DNA of 64,000 bases, from the NCBI GenBank assembly GCA_047495785.1, contig JBLDXI010000018.1:62001-126000 (forward strand). The letters are read 5' to 3'. The position numbers and the translations under genes are program-made. The stretch's first letter is position 1, and each line of letters starts with the position of its first letter. Of the stretch, positions 1-12,235 are shown one piece after another. Source of the stretch: Lepidodermella squamata (taxonomy: Eukaryota > Animalia > Gastrotricha). The notes under the pieces were generated by a model. That model saw only the letters and a list, made by a program, of their open reading frames with translations, ran no database searches and had not been told where the DNA came from.

Positions 1-373
1 CAATGGATGGAAAGGCATCAAACTGATCCGATTCATTGACGCAAGTGTGGCTGTTTGCAGCTTCTTGACTGGCATGTCGATGCTTTTGTATTATGGTCAG
101 AAAATGCTGGAATGAAACTGGGCATTTGAGATGTGAGGTTATTTCCATACCGGAATAATTCAAATTTATTGTAAATCCTTTATACTTGGTGGAGTTTTGT
201 GAGTTTTGAGAGTCGCTTAGTCAAACAATTGTAAATAAATAATTGTTAAAGTTGCTTGACCGACAATTTTGTATTCGGAAAGGATTGCGAAAGGTAAAAT
301 TGAAGGCAACGGAAAGGTGGTAATACTGATTTAGGAACCATGAAGCTCAAACAATTCCTAGGCTCAACGCAAT

Positions 374-1888
374 TCAAAGAGGATAAACCATAGCCTGCAC
401 ATAGTAAGCATCGACTATGGCTGTTGTGATAACTAGAAATGTCGGCAATACGAACATTTTTCATAGATCCTTTCTTTTTAAGGAGGTGCAATGATGCAGT
501 GTACGTGATGAACACATAGAAGCACAAAACAAGCCCTGCTACATATTTGAACGCCACAACATGAACGATGTAAACAGCCTCGGATGTTTGGGGTATGCTT
601 TCATAGACCATGGAAAGCAACATGGAGAACGACAGCACCAAAGCTACGCCAATTGCAGCTCGGCCCGGCGAATCCGGCGGCAAAACTAGGGTTGTGGCTT
701 GAAGGGTGTACAGCGAAATTAAGGGAAGGAAAAAATTAACAGCGTAATACTCCACGCGGCGTTTAAATTTTTAAATTAAACGCGGGATAGCACCATCAAA
801 AGTTTGATTTGTCACATTTACATACGCACAACCACAGCCCAGAAACGTCCAGATTTCTGTGTCGCCAACGAATAAATCCCTTGCGGATAGATCGACCTCG
901 GATGCTCGGAATCGACCTCGAATGCGATGCTGCATTCGTTAGTATCAAAGGGGAATCTGGCGAACGAAAAGTCGCAAGTGTTGTCTAATCGAAGAGTCAC
1001 CCAGGTATGCAGGCCGCCGTCGTAATAGAATGGCCATATGCTGATTTTTCCGTCAGGATTACTAGAAAAAAATAGGTACTGCAATGCCACGTATTCCTTT
1101 GGGATGAATTAAGAGTTTGGTGGGATTTCACCTTAATCATAATAAAAAGCTAAAATGAAAGCGGTTTTTTCGACTAATGTCCTCCTAGGTTCCAGGTCGA
1201 CTAGAGACACCCTGTGGGACAGTCTTCTTACTATAGCAACGAAAGCGTACAGTGAGATTCATTAGGTTTTAGTTTTATGAAGTCAATTGCTAAATTTGTC
1301 ACTAAGGTATAAACCTTTAGCAGTCACACACCTGAACAGCGGCGGTGATGTTATGAAAGCGTTCAGGTGGTATATTGGTGGAACCCAGTGTGCCCTCACA
1401 GGTTTTACCACTTCCAAATCCGGCAGAACGCCATTTTCAGCCAGTATCGTACAAAGTGTTTCGTTGTGAAGCAGGTCTTCGCAGGTCGGTGGTGGGCACG
1501 TTGTGTACCAAGAAGCCATGACTGTACCGAAAAGCGACATGCTAGAAGAACAAGTACGGAAACTGATCACAAAAAAGGCCAAATGTTCAGCTCTATTACC
1601 TCTGTTCAAGTTCATTTTATGCCCATGAATCGATCGAGAATTAGTGACACTTCAACTTCTATAGGAAGATTCTGCTTGATCAGCCAGTAATTGGGCAGAG
1701 TTGGGGATGATGCTTCAGGCTTCAGGGCAGAACTGGGCATAAGTTTCTTGAAGCGAAAAGTCATCACTGGGAATCAACGGGTAATTTGAAGCTTTCGTCG
1801 GAGCTATTAGAGATGTAAAGCTCAGCAATACAATGATTATCATTCCAACGGCTGCTGAAAGATATCCCCAGCGTTTTGCGTGACGCAT
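374..1888 (-). pseudogene. Divergent Cys-loop ligand-gated ion channel subunit pseudogene (LGIC-psi1)
   Basis: Signal peptide from ATG 1888, Cys-loop CDFSFARFPFDTNEC, M1-M4 remnants (YYAVNFFLP, PPDSPGRAAIG, IPQTSE, VRIAD). Lesions: 7-nt duplication giving TGA at 1715-1717, an extra A after FMGI (~1615), a frameshift near 820, TAA at 771-773 (PRLI*KFKRR) and a frameshift in M4. Collinear with intact paralogues at 9940 and 20174. Confidence 0.85.
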
Positions 1889-1973
1889 TTGAACATTTCA
1901 TCGTAGCAATAGTTCTACATGACTGTTTGCTTAGCATTGATTTTAGGGTTCAGTTATGCTCTATTTAAGCTGC

Positions 1974-2301
1974 CACTAGGAAAAAAACTAGGTTTATTAG
2001 CTGATTTGTAGCTCGGAGCCAAAACTGAGTCGTCAATTTACATGCAAAAACACAGCTAATTAGAGGGACATAGGAGGGTTTATTAGCCTATCCCAGCTAT
2101 GACCCGAGCTAATTAGCTTGTCTTTCATTGTGAGACAAAATAAAGCAGTTTTAAGACAATGAAAATCTAGCTTATTAGCTAGCCAAGGCTAATAAACCCT
2201 CCTATGTCCCTCTAATTAGCTGTGTTTTTGCATGTAAATTGACGACTCAGTTTTGGCTCCGAGCTAAAAATCAGCTAATAAACCTAGTTTTTTTCCCAGT
2301 G
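1974..2301. mobile_element. MITE / foldback element with ~115-bp terminal inverted repeats
   Basis: 1974-~2089 (cactaggaaaaaaactaggttt...ttagcct) is a near-perfect reverse complement of ~2186-2301 (aggctaa...tttcccagtg). Termini CACT..AGTG are CACTA/CMC-like; no clean TSD (tgc/tga). Confidence 0.85.
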
Positions 2302-2857
2302 TGAGCTTGGCGCAATACTTTATTTCCTGATCTCCAGAGAAGAACACGGGCTGTGGAAACCTGCTGGGTGTGGAAACATCTTACCGCAATGGGTCTGGTT
2401 TTGGCAAGGTCTGGCCGACAAAGATTGACCGGTTCACTGAGAAATTCGGTAAATCATAACACTAACTCGCTTTTTCTGTATTGTATTGCAGCGGTACACT
2501 ATACGCGATGCCCGAGGCTATATTCAGCCAAAAGTCGCGGGGAAACTCTGATGAGAAAGTCAAATAATACCGATAAGCGAGAGGTATTTAGTGATCAACT
2601 AAAGGATCAGGTTTCAACATTCTATTCAGTTTTTGCGAACAAACAGGAAAAAAGACCGGCTTGGTTATGCTGTATGCGTTGAGCTCATCGCATTTTAGAT
2701 ATTTGATTCGCAAATAGACATAGTTTCTTCAATAAAGCTAAAGAAAATGAAGGCTAAATTTTAAACTGTTCCCTCTATTTATTCCAGGTTTATCATTCAC
2801 CTCTCACACCACCCTCACTATAATCCTACTATCAGCAAACCCGCGAGCTGCTTCTCC

Positions 2858-5101
2858 TTACGGGACACAAGCCTCGTTCTCGACCTTGGCACAGGTGTAC
2901 TCGATGCGGTGGGTGCCTCCACCGCTGCGTTTCAGTTGGAACTGTTGCAGGAACTTGTTATCCGGGCAAGTCGGGCGATGGCTGAGAAGGGAAAAAGTTT
3001 TCCCGTTCTGTTCATTTGCGTAGTCGGTCGCATGGCTAGTTGTTGTCACCTTACCCACAGCCTGAAAACAAATGTCTCTAATACATCAGCATTTTGAATT
3101 TTGAAATGCGCACCGTGCAGCAAGTGTAGCTGTAGCGAATTCTACCCTCGTTGACAAGCTTGTCATAATTTAGGACAAATTTGCCCATGACCTCGTTCGC
3201 ATTGCATTGGACGTTTTGCCTGTCGAGGAAATTGGCGTCACCATAAGAGGCGGGAGTCCACTCGGTCTGGACATCGCGGCACGACGAAGTGATGGGGGCA
3301 GCGCAGCACGTGTACGTGTACAGAAAGCCAGCAGGCCTGCTCAGTCCGAATGAAGTGATGTAGCTGCCGTCGGGACATTTGACGGGTAAATAACTAAGAA
3401 CCGAGGTTATCCCAAGAGTGCCGTCAGGGAACTCATAGGTTTTCAGGATGTCATTGGAGCACTTCTGGTACCACTTGGCAGCTACGTAAAAGCAATTTCA
3501 TTTGGTTATAGATAGTGGCTTTTCGACTTACTGCAAGATGCTGGCCAGGGTGTGATCGTGGCACAGGTGTATTCAAAGCGTATCATGCCTTTAGGTGTAT
3601 CGCGTTGTAGGTGCCACCTCTGCATGAGGTCACCGTTATCGCAGGCGACATAGTGACCTTTCAAGATTGAAATGAAGTGTCTGGGATCGTTTCCGAGTCT
3701 TTCAGCGTCGTAATCGGTTGTTAGCGCCTTAGTATTAACATTGTATTTGCCTTCAATCTGTATAAAAACACGAATCAGACAGATAAGATTCAGAGAAGAA
3801 TTGAAGAATCTTGGATGGCGCGGATGTGGATGGCACGGACACAACGCGGACACGCGATTGTCTGCGACAGCCCGCGGAAAAGACGCTAGTGGAGAGGCAT
3901 AAAGGAAGGAAATATCAGCAAGTTAGAGTTTATCGGGTGCAAACAGTCATTTTCCCGCGGAATGGAATTTTTACGGTGGATCTTTGCAGATCTTTGCTCC
4001 GAGTTCTTAGCAAATACAGAAAAACTGCCCGTGTACTCACGACCGTGTTCATATTTGGAACGTCTATTTATACGGTCATACATTCAAGAAAAGCGCTTCG
4101 TTATTTCCTGAAGCTAGAAAACAGTTATTTTATTCAACTCCTTGCAATAGATGCTGAGAGTTGACCCTTTCGCATTTTACTAAAGGGCTTTCGTGTAATA
4201 ATACTCTAGGTTCTAGGTGAGCTAAACATAGCTACAAAAAGCTAAAAGGCATGCAAAAAGTAGCAAATCTGTTTTTGAGAAGAAAATTATTACGCGAACC
4301 TTGATGGCGGTTGTAACTAGCTTCCAGTAGGCTACTTAGGACTAGGGAATTAATGCTGATTCCCTCTGACCAGGGGCAAACCATGGGCTGAAAAACTTAT
4401 TACTCCGAAGGTTCCCGGCGGTCTAGGCAGTCAGCATGCTCCCCAAAGACGAGAACCACCACGCAATTTATGGCTTACGGCTTCTATTGCTTTCTGAAGC
4501 ATAGTTCATCTACCGGGCATTGCGGGCATATAGATCAGATTCTAATCTATGCCCGCACTGTCCCGCACAAGTGTGAGTATTTTGAAGATACGGTGGATAC
4601 ATTTGGGCGTCACATCACCGATACTAACCTGGCAGCAAGTGTAGACATATTGTAGCTGTCCATCCGGCATGGTCTGTTTGAAGTCTTTCAGAACCTCATT
4701 GGCGTTGCACTTGATATCCTGTCTGTCTAGAAAAACGTAATCACCGCCACTCGTTGCCGTTTTGTCATTCACGACCTCTCGGCACTTTCCGACAGACGGG
4801 GCTTGGCAGCAAGTGAATAAAATACGCCCTGGGTCAACCCTTGACACGGTGAATTTCCAAGTCGACAAGTATTTGCCGTCGGGGCAGTAAACGCGTCGAT
4901 TGTTCAAATCGTACAAATCCATGTTGCCACCAGTCTCGGTGCTAAGCACTTCCTTCGAGCACACAACAGCCTGCGTAGTGTTGACAGTACTTTCTGAAAA
5001 GAAGGATTCGACATGAGCGAATGATGTTTTAAAATGGGTAAAAACCCACGACTATAGGCGATGCCCAAGGCCGCCGCAAGAACCGCCAGCCTAAAACTCA
5101 T
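2858..5101 (-). CDS. Secreted Cys-rich six-repeat protein A (dermatopontin/HAAF-like), ~404 aa
   Basis: Exons 5050-5101, 4629-4993, 3532-3757, 3114-3481, 2858-3061 splice GT-AG in frame (1215 nt). Signal peptide MSFRLAVLAAALGIAYS, then six ~55-aa repeats (e.g. LDRQDIKCNANEVLKDF...YVYTCC). Gene model strong; family label tentative. Confidence 0.85.
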
Positions 5102-5159
5102 TTTATTAAAAAGGTTTCAATTGACAGTGAAATATAAAACGAAAAAAGGAAAAATGAAA

Positions 5160-5310
5160 AGCTGATGCTTCGGCCGGTCGAGCTTCTTGAGGTTTCTTAT
5201 GACAAAGTTATTTTTATCCCGGCGACAACTGAGCAAACTTTCCACCGATGAACCAACGTGGTTGTGGGAGTAGAACGCAGCAATTGTTTGCTGGCAATAA
5301 CGGTAAAATA
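5160..5310 (-). promoter_or_regulatory. Conserved upstream module of the Cys-rich repeat genes (copy 1)
   Basis: cggccggtcgagcttcttga...gacaactgagc...tgtggg..agaacgcagcaattgtttgc recurs just upstream of paralogues B (~15640-15775) and C (~17835-17990, inverted). Confidence 0.6.
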
Positions 5311-6556
5311 ATAAAAAATATTTTTTACATGTTAGCTTCCATTATTCCGTTAATAATTATTATTCACAACATAAATTTGGCATTACAGTACACTCTATAT
5401 ATCGTATATTTCGCCCTGTACCGATGCGAATTGCAAGAAAGTACGCAGCTTGCCTGATAGTGAATTATAGCTTTCGAGTGCAAGAAGCTGTCCGCCAATG
5501 TTGAGGTCAAAACGCTGCTGCAAGTAGTTTAGACCACATTTATTGACGAAGTACTTTACATCTGTTTCGTGCTCGACAAACTTCATCCAGGATCCGCATC
5601 TAGGAAAAAACCTGGTCCTTATCGGCAATCTTCGGGTTTAACGAATTCATCCATATATTCTCTCAGCGAAATTACCAAAAACTAAGCGCTGCGCCGAAAC
5701 GACGTGTCACGGTGGAATTATCAACTCTTCGGACGGGGCTTCGGTTCGGTTCGGGGTGTATCTGAATTTCGGAGCTCTGAGCTAATTTAAACCTGGATAA
5801 ACCTGGAATAAATAACGGGAAATGTAGCCTTTATTTTCTTAATAGTCATCGAATCGTTTAAACGCATGATAAAATAGTGTAAAGTTTTGGTGCCATGAAA
5901 AAACCTTTTCTAGCCGCCTTTTCTAGGCTTGCCGCAGTCTCAAAAGCGTTCGACAATGTGAGACCCCTTGATCCTATGGCAGGCGAGGGCCGCGATGGTG
6001 GTTTTTAAAGCAAGAATATTTTCTTATTTTTTATAACGCCAAATGGTTGCCAAACCTATTGCTTTTAACGAAAAAATGATCGTTTTGCCTGCTCGCGGGC
6101 GTGGTCACATAATGAAAGGCTCTTTCGAGACAATTGTAATTTTTCTAGTGATTCTATGACAGTTAGCAAGGATGTGAATATTCCGGATGAAGAGTAATCG
6201 ATTATAGGAAGGACATACACACGGTAGGCTTCAAGTCTGAAGAAGTATTCGTAAAGGCTCTACAATAAATCAATCCACATAGTCTAAGACATTTTGTTTT
6301 AAGGTTATCGCAGTGAATTCTGAAGTCTAATTTTTCTATCACCAATTATACCTAAATCACGAGCAAAATCAACAACGTCAATCTCTTGCGTACCATAGTA
6401 ACAACGTACGATAGTTAAAATTAAATTTGCAGATCAAACGTGCAAGACAATACATGACACTATCAAATATAGTCTTTGAAATAATGCTACAACCACTAAA
6501 TCCGTCTTAAATATCCGGTCAATTATCGCCTTATTATCGCCACGATCAGTCCTATG

Positions 6557-6712
6557 CAGGGATTTGAAATTGACTTGACTTGACTTGAGCCCTTTTTTGA
6601 ACGACTTGACTTGACTTGTGACTTGAAATTTCATGGGGGGAATGGACTTGACTTGACTTGGCCTAATGGTTGAATTGATGTCAAGTCACATCAGGTCATT
6701 TCAAGTCAAAAA
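6557..6712. repeat. (GACTT)n / (AAGTC)n repeat element fragment
   Basis: Several ttgacttgacttgac runs followed by inverted caagtca units; typical of a non-autonomous DNA-element end. Confidence 0.6.
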
Positions 6713-7077
6713 GTTGATTTACCCCCGGTTCCAACTGCAAATTCGACGAAGTCGGCGAAAAAACACCAAGTCCGTTTTTATCCCCTGGTTGCGCAATTAA
6801 TGTTGGGGGCTGCACGAAACTAATGGTGACCTGGAATTGAGCGGCAAGGTTGAAGACCCTCGTTGCCGGCGATATTCACCTCTAACACTGCTCGGCAACT
6901 CCGCGGGCCTTTACTGTATAATAACATCGTATGATGATTTTGCAGTGTGAACGAACATTGCAACGCTTAATTCCAGTGGAGCATTGCGCGAAGTACTGGG
7001 GGTAATGAGGGGTATCGTACCCCCAGTTCTGCAGGCAAAGGTGGATGAAACCCAAAAGACCACAGGGGGGACCTTTT

Positions 7078-7146
7078 GGTCATAAAATGTGAGCCCAAAA
7101 ATACCCCCTAGTTCGAGGATCCTACTTCGCGTACTGTTGTGGAGTA
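7078..7146 (+). repeat. Dispersed repeat fragment (gaggatcctacttcg family)
   Basis: cataaaatgt..g..caaaaata.cccct.gtt.gaggatcctacttcg recurs at ~22795-22857, with a second core at ~22740. Confidence 0.6.
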
Positions 7147-7219
7147 CGAAGGCGGTCAATCTGAGTCTGCCTATATTCATTACTTGATTCCCAAATTAAG
7201 CTGTTGCCGGATCTGGACT

Positions 7220-7470
7220 TCAGGTTCTGCCATGCGATGATCGACGAGGTTCCTGTGACGGGGAACTCCCCGTTGTCACGGGTCGCCTTCGTTCGTTCGT
7301 TCGTCGTTCGTCGTTCGTTCGTCGTTCGTCGTTCGTCGGTCTGTCGGTCGTCAAGGAGGATAGTGGGGAACCTATAAAAAATAGCGGTGTAGTCACAGTT
7401 ACCCCATGCAGGCTGTATTCCGCTGTTAGGTGTATCGTGAAGGAGGATAGTGGTGTACGTAAAAAAAACA
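7220..7470. repeat. Hairpin plus (GTTC/GTC)n microsatellite element, Helentron/HINE-like
   Basis: gtgacggggaactccccgttgtcac stem-loop followed by (cgtt/cgt)n at ~7288-7350 and a duplicated aaggaggatagtgg. Confidence 0.5.
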
Positions 7471-8570
7471 GACTGTCCAACTGTCTCACAACCATCGACT
7501 ATTGCTTATTGCTATTACTGAAGAAGGATGTAAAAGGCGTGTTCAAGATTGCCACACGGCGACGTGCGAACATCTTCACGCCATCTTCACGCTCTCCATG
7601 TAACGTGCTATTCGTATAGCACCAACATCAGACGACGAATCTACACGGTAACATACTACAGCCCTGTGCAGTCGCCAACCGATGCCGCGTGCGCTGTGCC
7701 GCTGTCGATAACCGCGTTGTGCGCATGACATCAGCGCGCAGCATCCGATGACATGCTGACTCTCGTGACATGGCGTCATAAATCGTCTATCACCTGTTTT
7801 CAATCTTCCAATGAAAAGTTCCCGGACGTATGCAATTCGTACTATTTTAGCATGTACGACTGGCAACTTTTGACCTGAGACTAACGGCAATAGCACATTC
7901 CCAGACCCGCTCACGTTTTCGTGAAAACATTTACGCTATGCGCTATGCATGTGCGCTATTTTTACCGAATAACAAGCAAATCTTACTACCACGTAGATAT
8001 TCAAATTCGTGATTTGTAGCTTGAATTGAAGCCCACCTGAGCAACGATGCATTAACTTGCAAGTCCATCAGCTCGGCCTGCGTGATATGGACCCTGATGC
8101 CAATATGTGTAGGTGGCGCTTACGGAATGACTCTCAAATGAATGATCATCTCCATCCCGTCGTCGCCGTCGTCGCCGTCGTCGCGCATGGGTGACACGAT
8201 GGTTATTTCGGACACCCTTCGGTCACTATTTTATTTTGAGGTAGAAACGGTCTAAAAATGGAGCATTTGGAACAGAAGTTCCCATTTTTTTGCGCTCATT
8301 AACTTTGATACCAATAAAATCTGCGTAAAATGGGAACTGCAGTGATCTCGGATTATTGAATATAGAGCCTTTGATTTGTCAGAAAGGCCACAGATTTAGC
8401 TAATCCTAAATTGTTTCCTAATGTTATCGAATAATTAGGAAATTATTAGGAACTTTCTGAGTATTTAGGTCCCCCAAGACCCAAGAGCCAAAACTATCCA
8501 AGGGCCTCAGCTATTAAACTTAGGCTTCTCGATTTGTATGGGGATGCGTTTCAGGGCCAGCAGCAAAACG

Positions 8571-9110
8571 CACATTTTCAGGCCCTCCTACGTTACGGCT
8601 CTGTGTGCGCTCCTATTGGCCAGCTCATTTTGAACTTGAATCAAAGGGCAATCTATGAATTTCACGTCGGCTTTTACACCAAAATGAAGTCAATTTAATT
8701 CTCTATTGATTGAATATAGATGTTTTACGATTAAAATGTGAGTATGAAACATTTGACTTGCAGAATTCTTACTCGGTGGTGCGCTCGCGAGGTCACCCGC
8801 CCAAATTTTTCAGTGCACGTTAAACTTTTTCCATTTCAATTTTTCGAGCGAGAACCCTATATTCAATCGATAGATGATTAACATATCTTCATTTTGGCAT
8901 AAAAACCGACACGAAAATTCCAAGTTACTCCTTGACAACGTCGCGCGCGGTAAAATTAGCGATAAACAACAGTGCGCAGTTTGGGTTAAAATTGATTTAG
9001 TTGTGCACGCGCGCACTTACGGCGCGCATGTGTTGCGTAACAGTGTGCGCGAAATGGCCGGCAAATAGGAGCACGCGCAGAGCCGTATCGTAGGCGAGCC
9101 TGATAATGTG
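8571..9110. mobile_element. MITE with ~60-bp diverged TIRs (CAC...GTG ends)
   Basis: cacattttcaggccctcctacgttacggctctg...cattt (8571-8630) matches the reverse complement of 9052-9110 with scattered mismatches. No coding capacity; no clear TSD. Confidence 0.7.
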
Positions 9111-9939
9111 CTCCGTTTGGTGTTTAAGTTTTAAACTGTTAAACCGCTTAAGGAAAACACTGTATAAACTTTCAACTTCGAAATTTTAAAGGAACAATTG
9201 GTGAATGACCAATGTTTCGAACCGGCTTCATCACTGCTATTCGAAGAACAAAAGCGGTGAGGTTGCCGCATTTATATTTGATTCGCGGATAGACAGACGT
9301 GAGGGCGAAAGATCTGATCGGAAACATCACACGGAATAGATCAATTCAGAGCAATACCATTCCCAGTGTCATTATTTCGTTATTTTTCATTCAGAGGTAG
9401 TGAGATATTCAAATCGATATTCAGTCTAGAAAAAGCCCTTGATATTCATTTTTTATTTCTTAACTCTTCTGACAGCTCGACATTTTGGTCATAAAGAGGC
9501 TTTACTCAAATCTATTCAAGAAATTGATTGATGAATAAGCAAGATTCTTAGTTCGAAGTTGTTAAGCCTTTTATTCGTATGATTAACTCAGCTCATCAGC
9601 TCGCATTGGGATGTTTTAGGTCATTGGCTTTGTCAAGCATCTAGCCTTTCTTGTGTTCAACTTTGAGAAGGGAAATATTATCGTAAATGCTATGAGGATT
9701 CACATTCTAAATACAATACCATGGTAAAGGGGCAAGAAAAACATAAGACCTCATTTTTTGTTCGATATCTTCAGATCACGCAATGAAAATTCAAAATTCA
9801 AATGTGGCACATTAAGATCAACCCATTAAAGAGCAGATCTCCAAATAATAAGATGGATCAAGGAAAACGTGGCACATGGCTCATTTCTACGAAGTCGTGT
9901 CGAAGTAGTTCGCACCGACTGATCACAGCGCTCCTGCTC

Positions 9940-11210
9940 CTAGTTTATCATTTTTGCAAAATAATAGCCGTCAACCACAACGCTAATCAAAATCACACAA
10001 CACATGAAAACAATATCAGCTATTCGCAAATATTTCAGGGATTTCTTATGCTCGATGAAATGAGCAGATACAGCAAAGGTAACCAATTCGTAAAAACTCA
10101 ACACAAGCCCCATCGTAAACTTGAAAGTCACAATATTCACAAGGTAAATCGGCTCAGAAGTTCTCGGGATGTTGCTGAAAACCAGCGACAAAATGACAGA
10201 AAACGCTAGAACTAGAGTGACGCCAATACTAGCGCGATCAGGAACATCAGGGGTCATGATCAAAACAGAAATTTGGAGTAGATACAACGCAATAACGGGT
10301 AGAAAGATATTAGCCGTAAAATAGTCAGGCCTTCTTCTAAATTTGACCGGGAATATGAGGCGTGGTACCTTGGTATCATCACCGGACTGCCCTGTATGTG
10401 TTGACTGAGCTTCTCCAGAGCCTTCGAAGGCCCAAATATCGGTATCGCCTATAAAGCTCGCCTTTGCTCCAGCATCAATCTCAAAATCAGTAATATTGTA
10501 CCGAACAAGTTCCGCGTTGTCATCGCTGTCAAGGATAATGGAGCACTCAAGCGTGTCGAAAGGAAACTTCGTGAATGAGAATCTATCGCAGTTAGTATCG
10601 ATTCGAACAAAATCGTTCGCTACGAATGTGCTGTCCCAAAATGGGTAGACGTAGACTTTTTGTTGATCGGAGCTGCGATAGCACAAATTTTCGAAATGAA
10701 ATTCAGTAAAAACCCCAGCCTACTAAAGTATAGGTCGTGGATCGTACATAGCATTTACGTGGCAGAATTGAGGCAGCCACGATGTTCCGACTGGTCGCTG
10801 AATTTTAATTTGGTCTCGATTCGGACGCTTGTCCAGACCTTCGCAAAGTTGTTCATCGTTGTAAAGATCCATGCATGTTGGATTGGGGCACGTGGATCGC
10901 CACAAAAAGCTGAACAGTAGGAACAGGGATAGGCTATAGAAAACAAGAAATAAGCGAAGAACCAGAAACAATTGTTTCACCTCTGTTTGAGGTCGTCGAT
11001 GCCCATGAAGCGAAAAAGTGTCAGTTGAACTTCGACGACCAATGGTTGGCCTTTTTTCACGAACCACGCAGTTGGCATTGAAAACGTTGCAGCTTCTGGG
11101 CAAAACAAGTCGAATGCTTTCTCTAAGATCGTTTCATTCAGCGTATCATCGATAGCCGAAAATGGAGCTATGACATTAGCGATACTAAAAAGCAGAGCTG
11201 TAACGCGCAT
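9940..11210 (-). CDS. Divergent Cys-loop ligand-gated ion channel subunit (LGIC-2), ~390 aa
   Basis: Exons 10981-11210, 10724-10933, 9940-10672 (1173 nt, in frame). Signal peptide, RFMGIDDLKQ, WLPQF, Cys-loop CDRFSFTKFPFDTLEC, pre-M1 FRRRPDYF, four TM helices, M2-M3 loop IPRTSE. Confidence 0.92.
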
Positions 11211-11809
11211 TTTTCCCCAGCGAAATACTGGGCGAAGCTATTTTTGCGTTGTCTGTGTTTTTGCTTACCTATGATAATGATTATCGCAAAGGAAAGACTT
11301 TAATAAATCAGAACATATGCTTCGTGGAACCCGGTGCCTTGTTAGTTATGAATGTTGCTAATATTTATGTGTCTCATAAAATGGCTGTTATATAACAAAT
11401 CCACGCCGCGAACAACGCAATATTTAATCGGACGACCTGGTGAAGGACAGGCGGCATTTTCGATCGGTAGCCAGGCAATCGCTACGACCAGCTGCGTAAA
11501 GCTTTGTCAATTAACGTAGAAATCATATATTTCCAGCAATAAATGGCACATTCGCTTTCAGCCCTGGCAATGTCTTCACTATTGTACGCAAATTATTGAA
11601 TCAATATAGATTTTTCCGACACGTTTAAAATTTAGGTTTGACGAAGCAAAAAAAGTGAAAAACACATCGATTACGTGTCAAACCGCTGTAGCGATTCTGT
11701 CTTCTTGTTCGGTCTTACTACTCGCATTTTCTAGGTGTTACTTGATACTTGATTGCAAACAAATAAAATTGACTATTCAGAAATTCCAGAAACCAAAAAA
11801 TGTATGGTA

Positions 11810-12235
11810 ATCTGATGGTAACAAGTCTGCTGATGCGGATTCTCAAGCGCAGTGCTCCCAAGTAAGCACGATTCCGCATAGGAGACGAGTTCAACTCATA
11901 TCGGTTCCACATTCAAGATTTGCCAAATTGGAGCCTAGTATGACAACGGCACGGATTTCGCTCAAATAATCGTAACTAGTAGAATCTCATCAATTCCAAC
12001 TGCATCTCTCGTCGCTCTTACATCTGCTGGTCCAAACACAGTTGGAGCTTCTTTGATCACTGGCTGGCTTCAGGTAGATTTCGGCGTTTCTTATTCAGTC
12101 GCCAATGTTGTTATGATCTCACAACGAAGTGGCCCGTTGCTAGTCGATTTGAACCCTGGTAATTGCAAACTTACGATTCGAGTAGGAATGGTAACAGGTA
12201 GCAATCTTCGATCAAATCCTGTATGTGACCCATGA
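11810..12235 (+). pseudogene. Relic of an F-type lectin / discoidin-like domain gene
   Basis: DGNKSADADSQAQCSQ ends at a gtaagc donor (~11861). A later segment reads GWLQVDFGVSYSVANVVMISQR...KLTIRVG...SNPVCDP* (motifs DGN..C, WLQVDxG, IRVG, NPVC). It stops at 12233-12235 before the domain is complete; no start exon found. Confidence 0.5.

Noticed and set aside
5395-5628. 77-aa ORF as an independent gene
   Set aside because: No convincing start or domain; only a short match to the decayed FDLNI fragment.
7220-7495. ORF with TNDERR repeats
   Set aside because: It is the translation of the (GTTC/GTC)n microsatellite.
9802-10209. Plus-strand ORFs overlapping real genes (also 1367-1690, 15100-15405, 49354-49695, 59907-60302)
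   Set aside because: Antisense shadows of well-supported minus-strand exons, with no motifs of their own.
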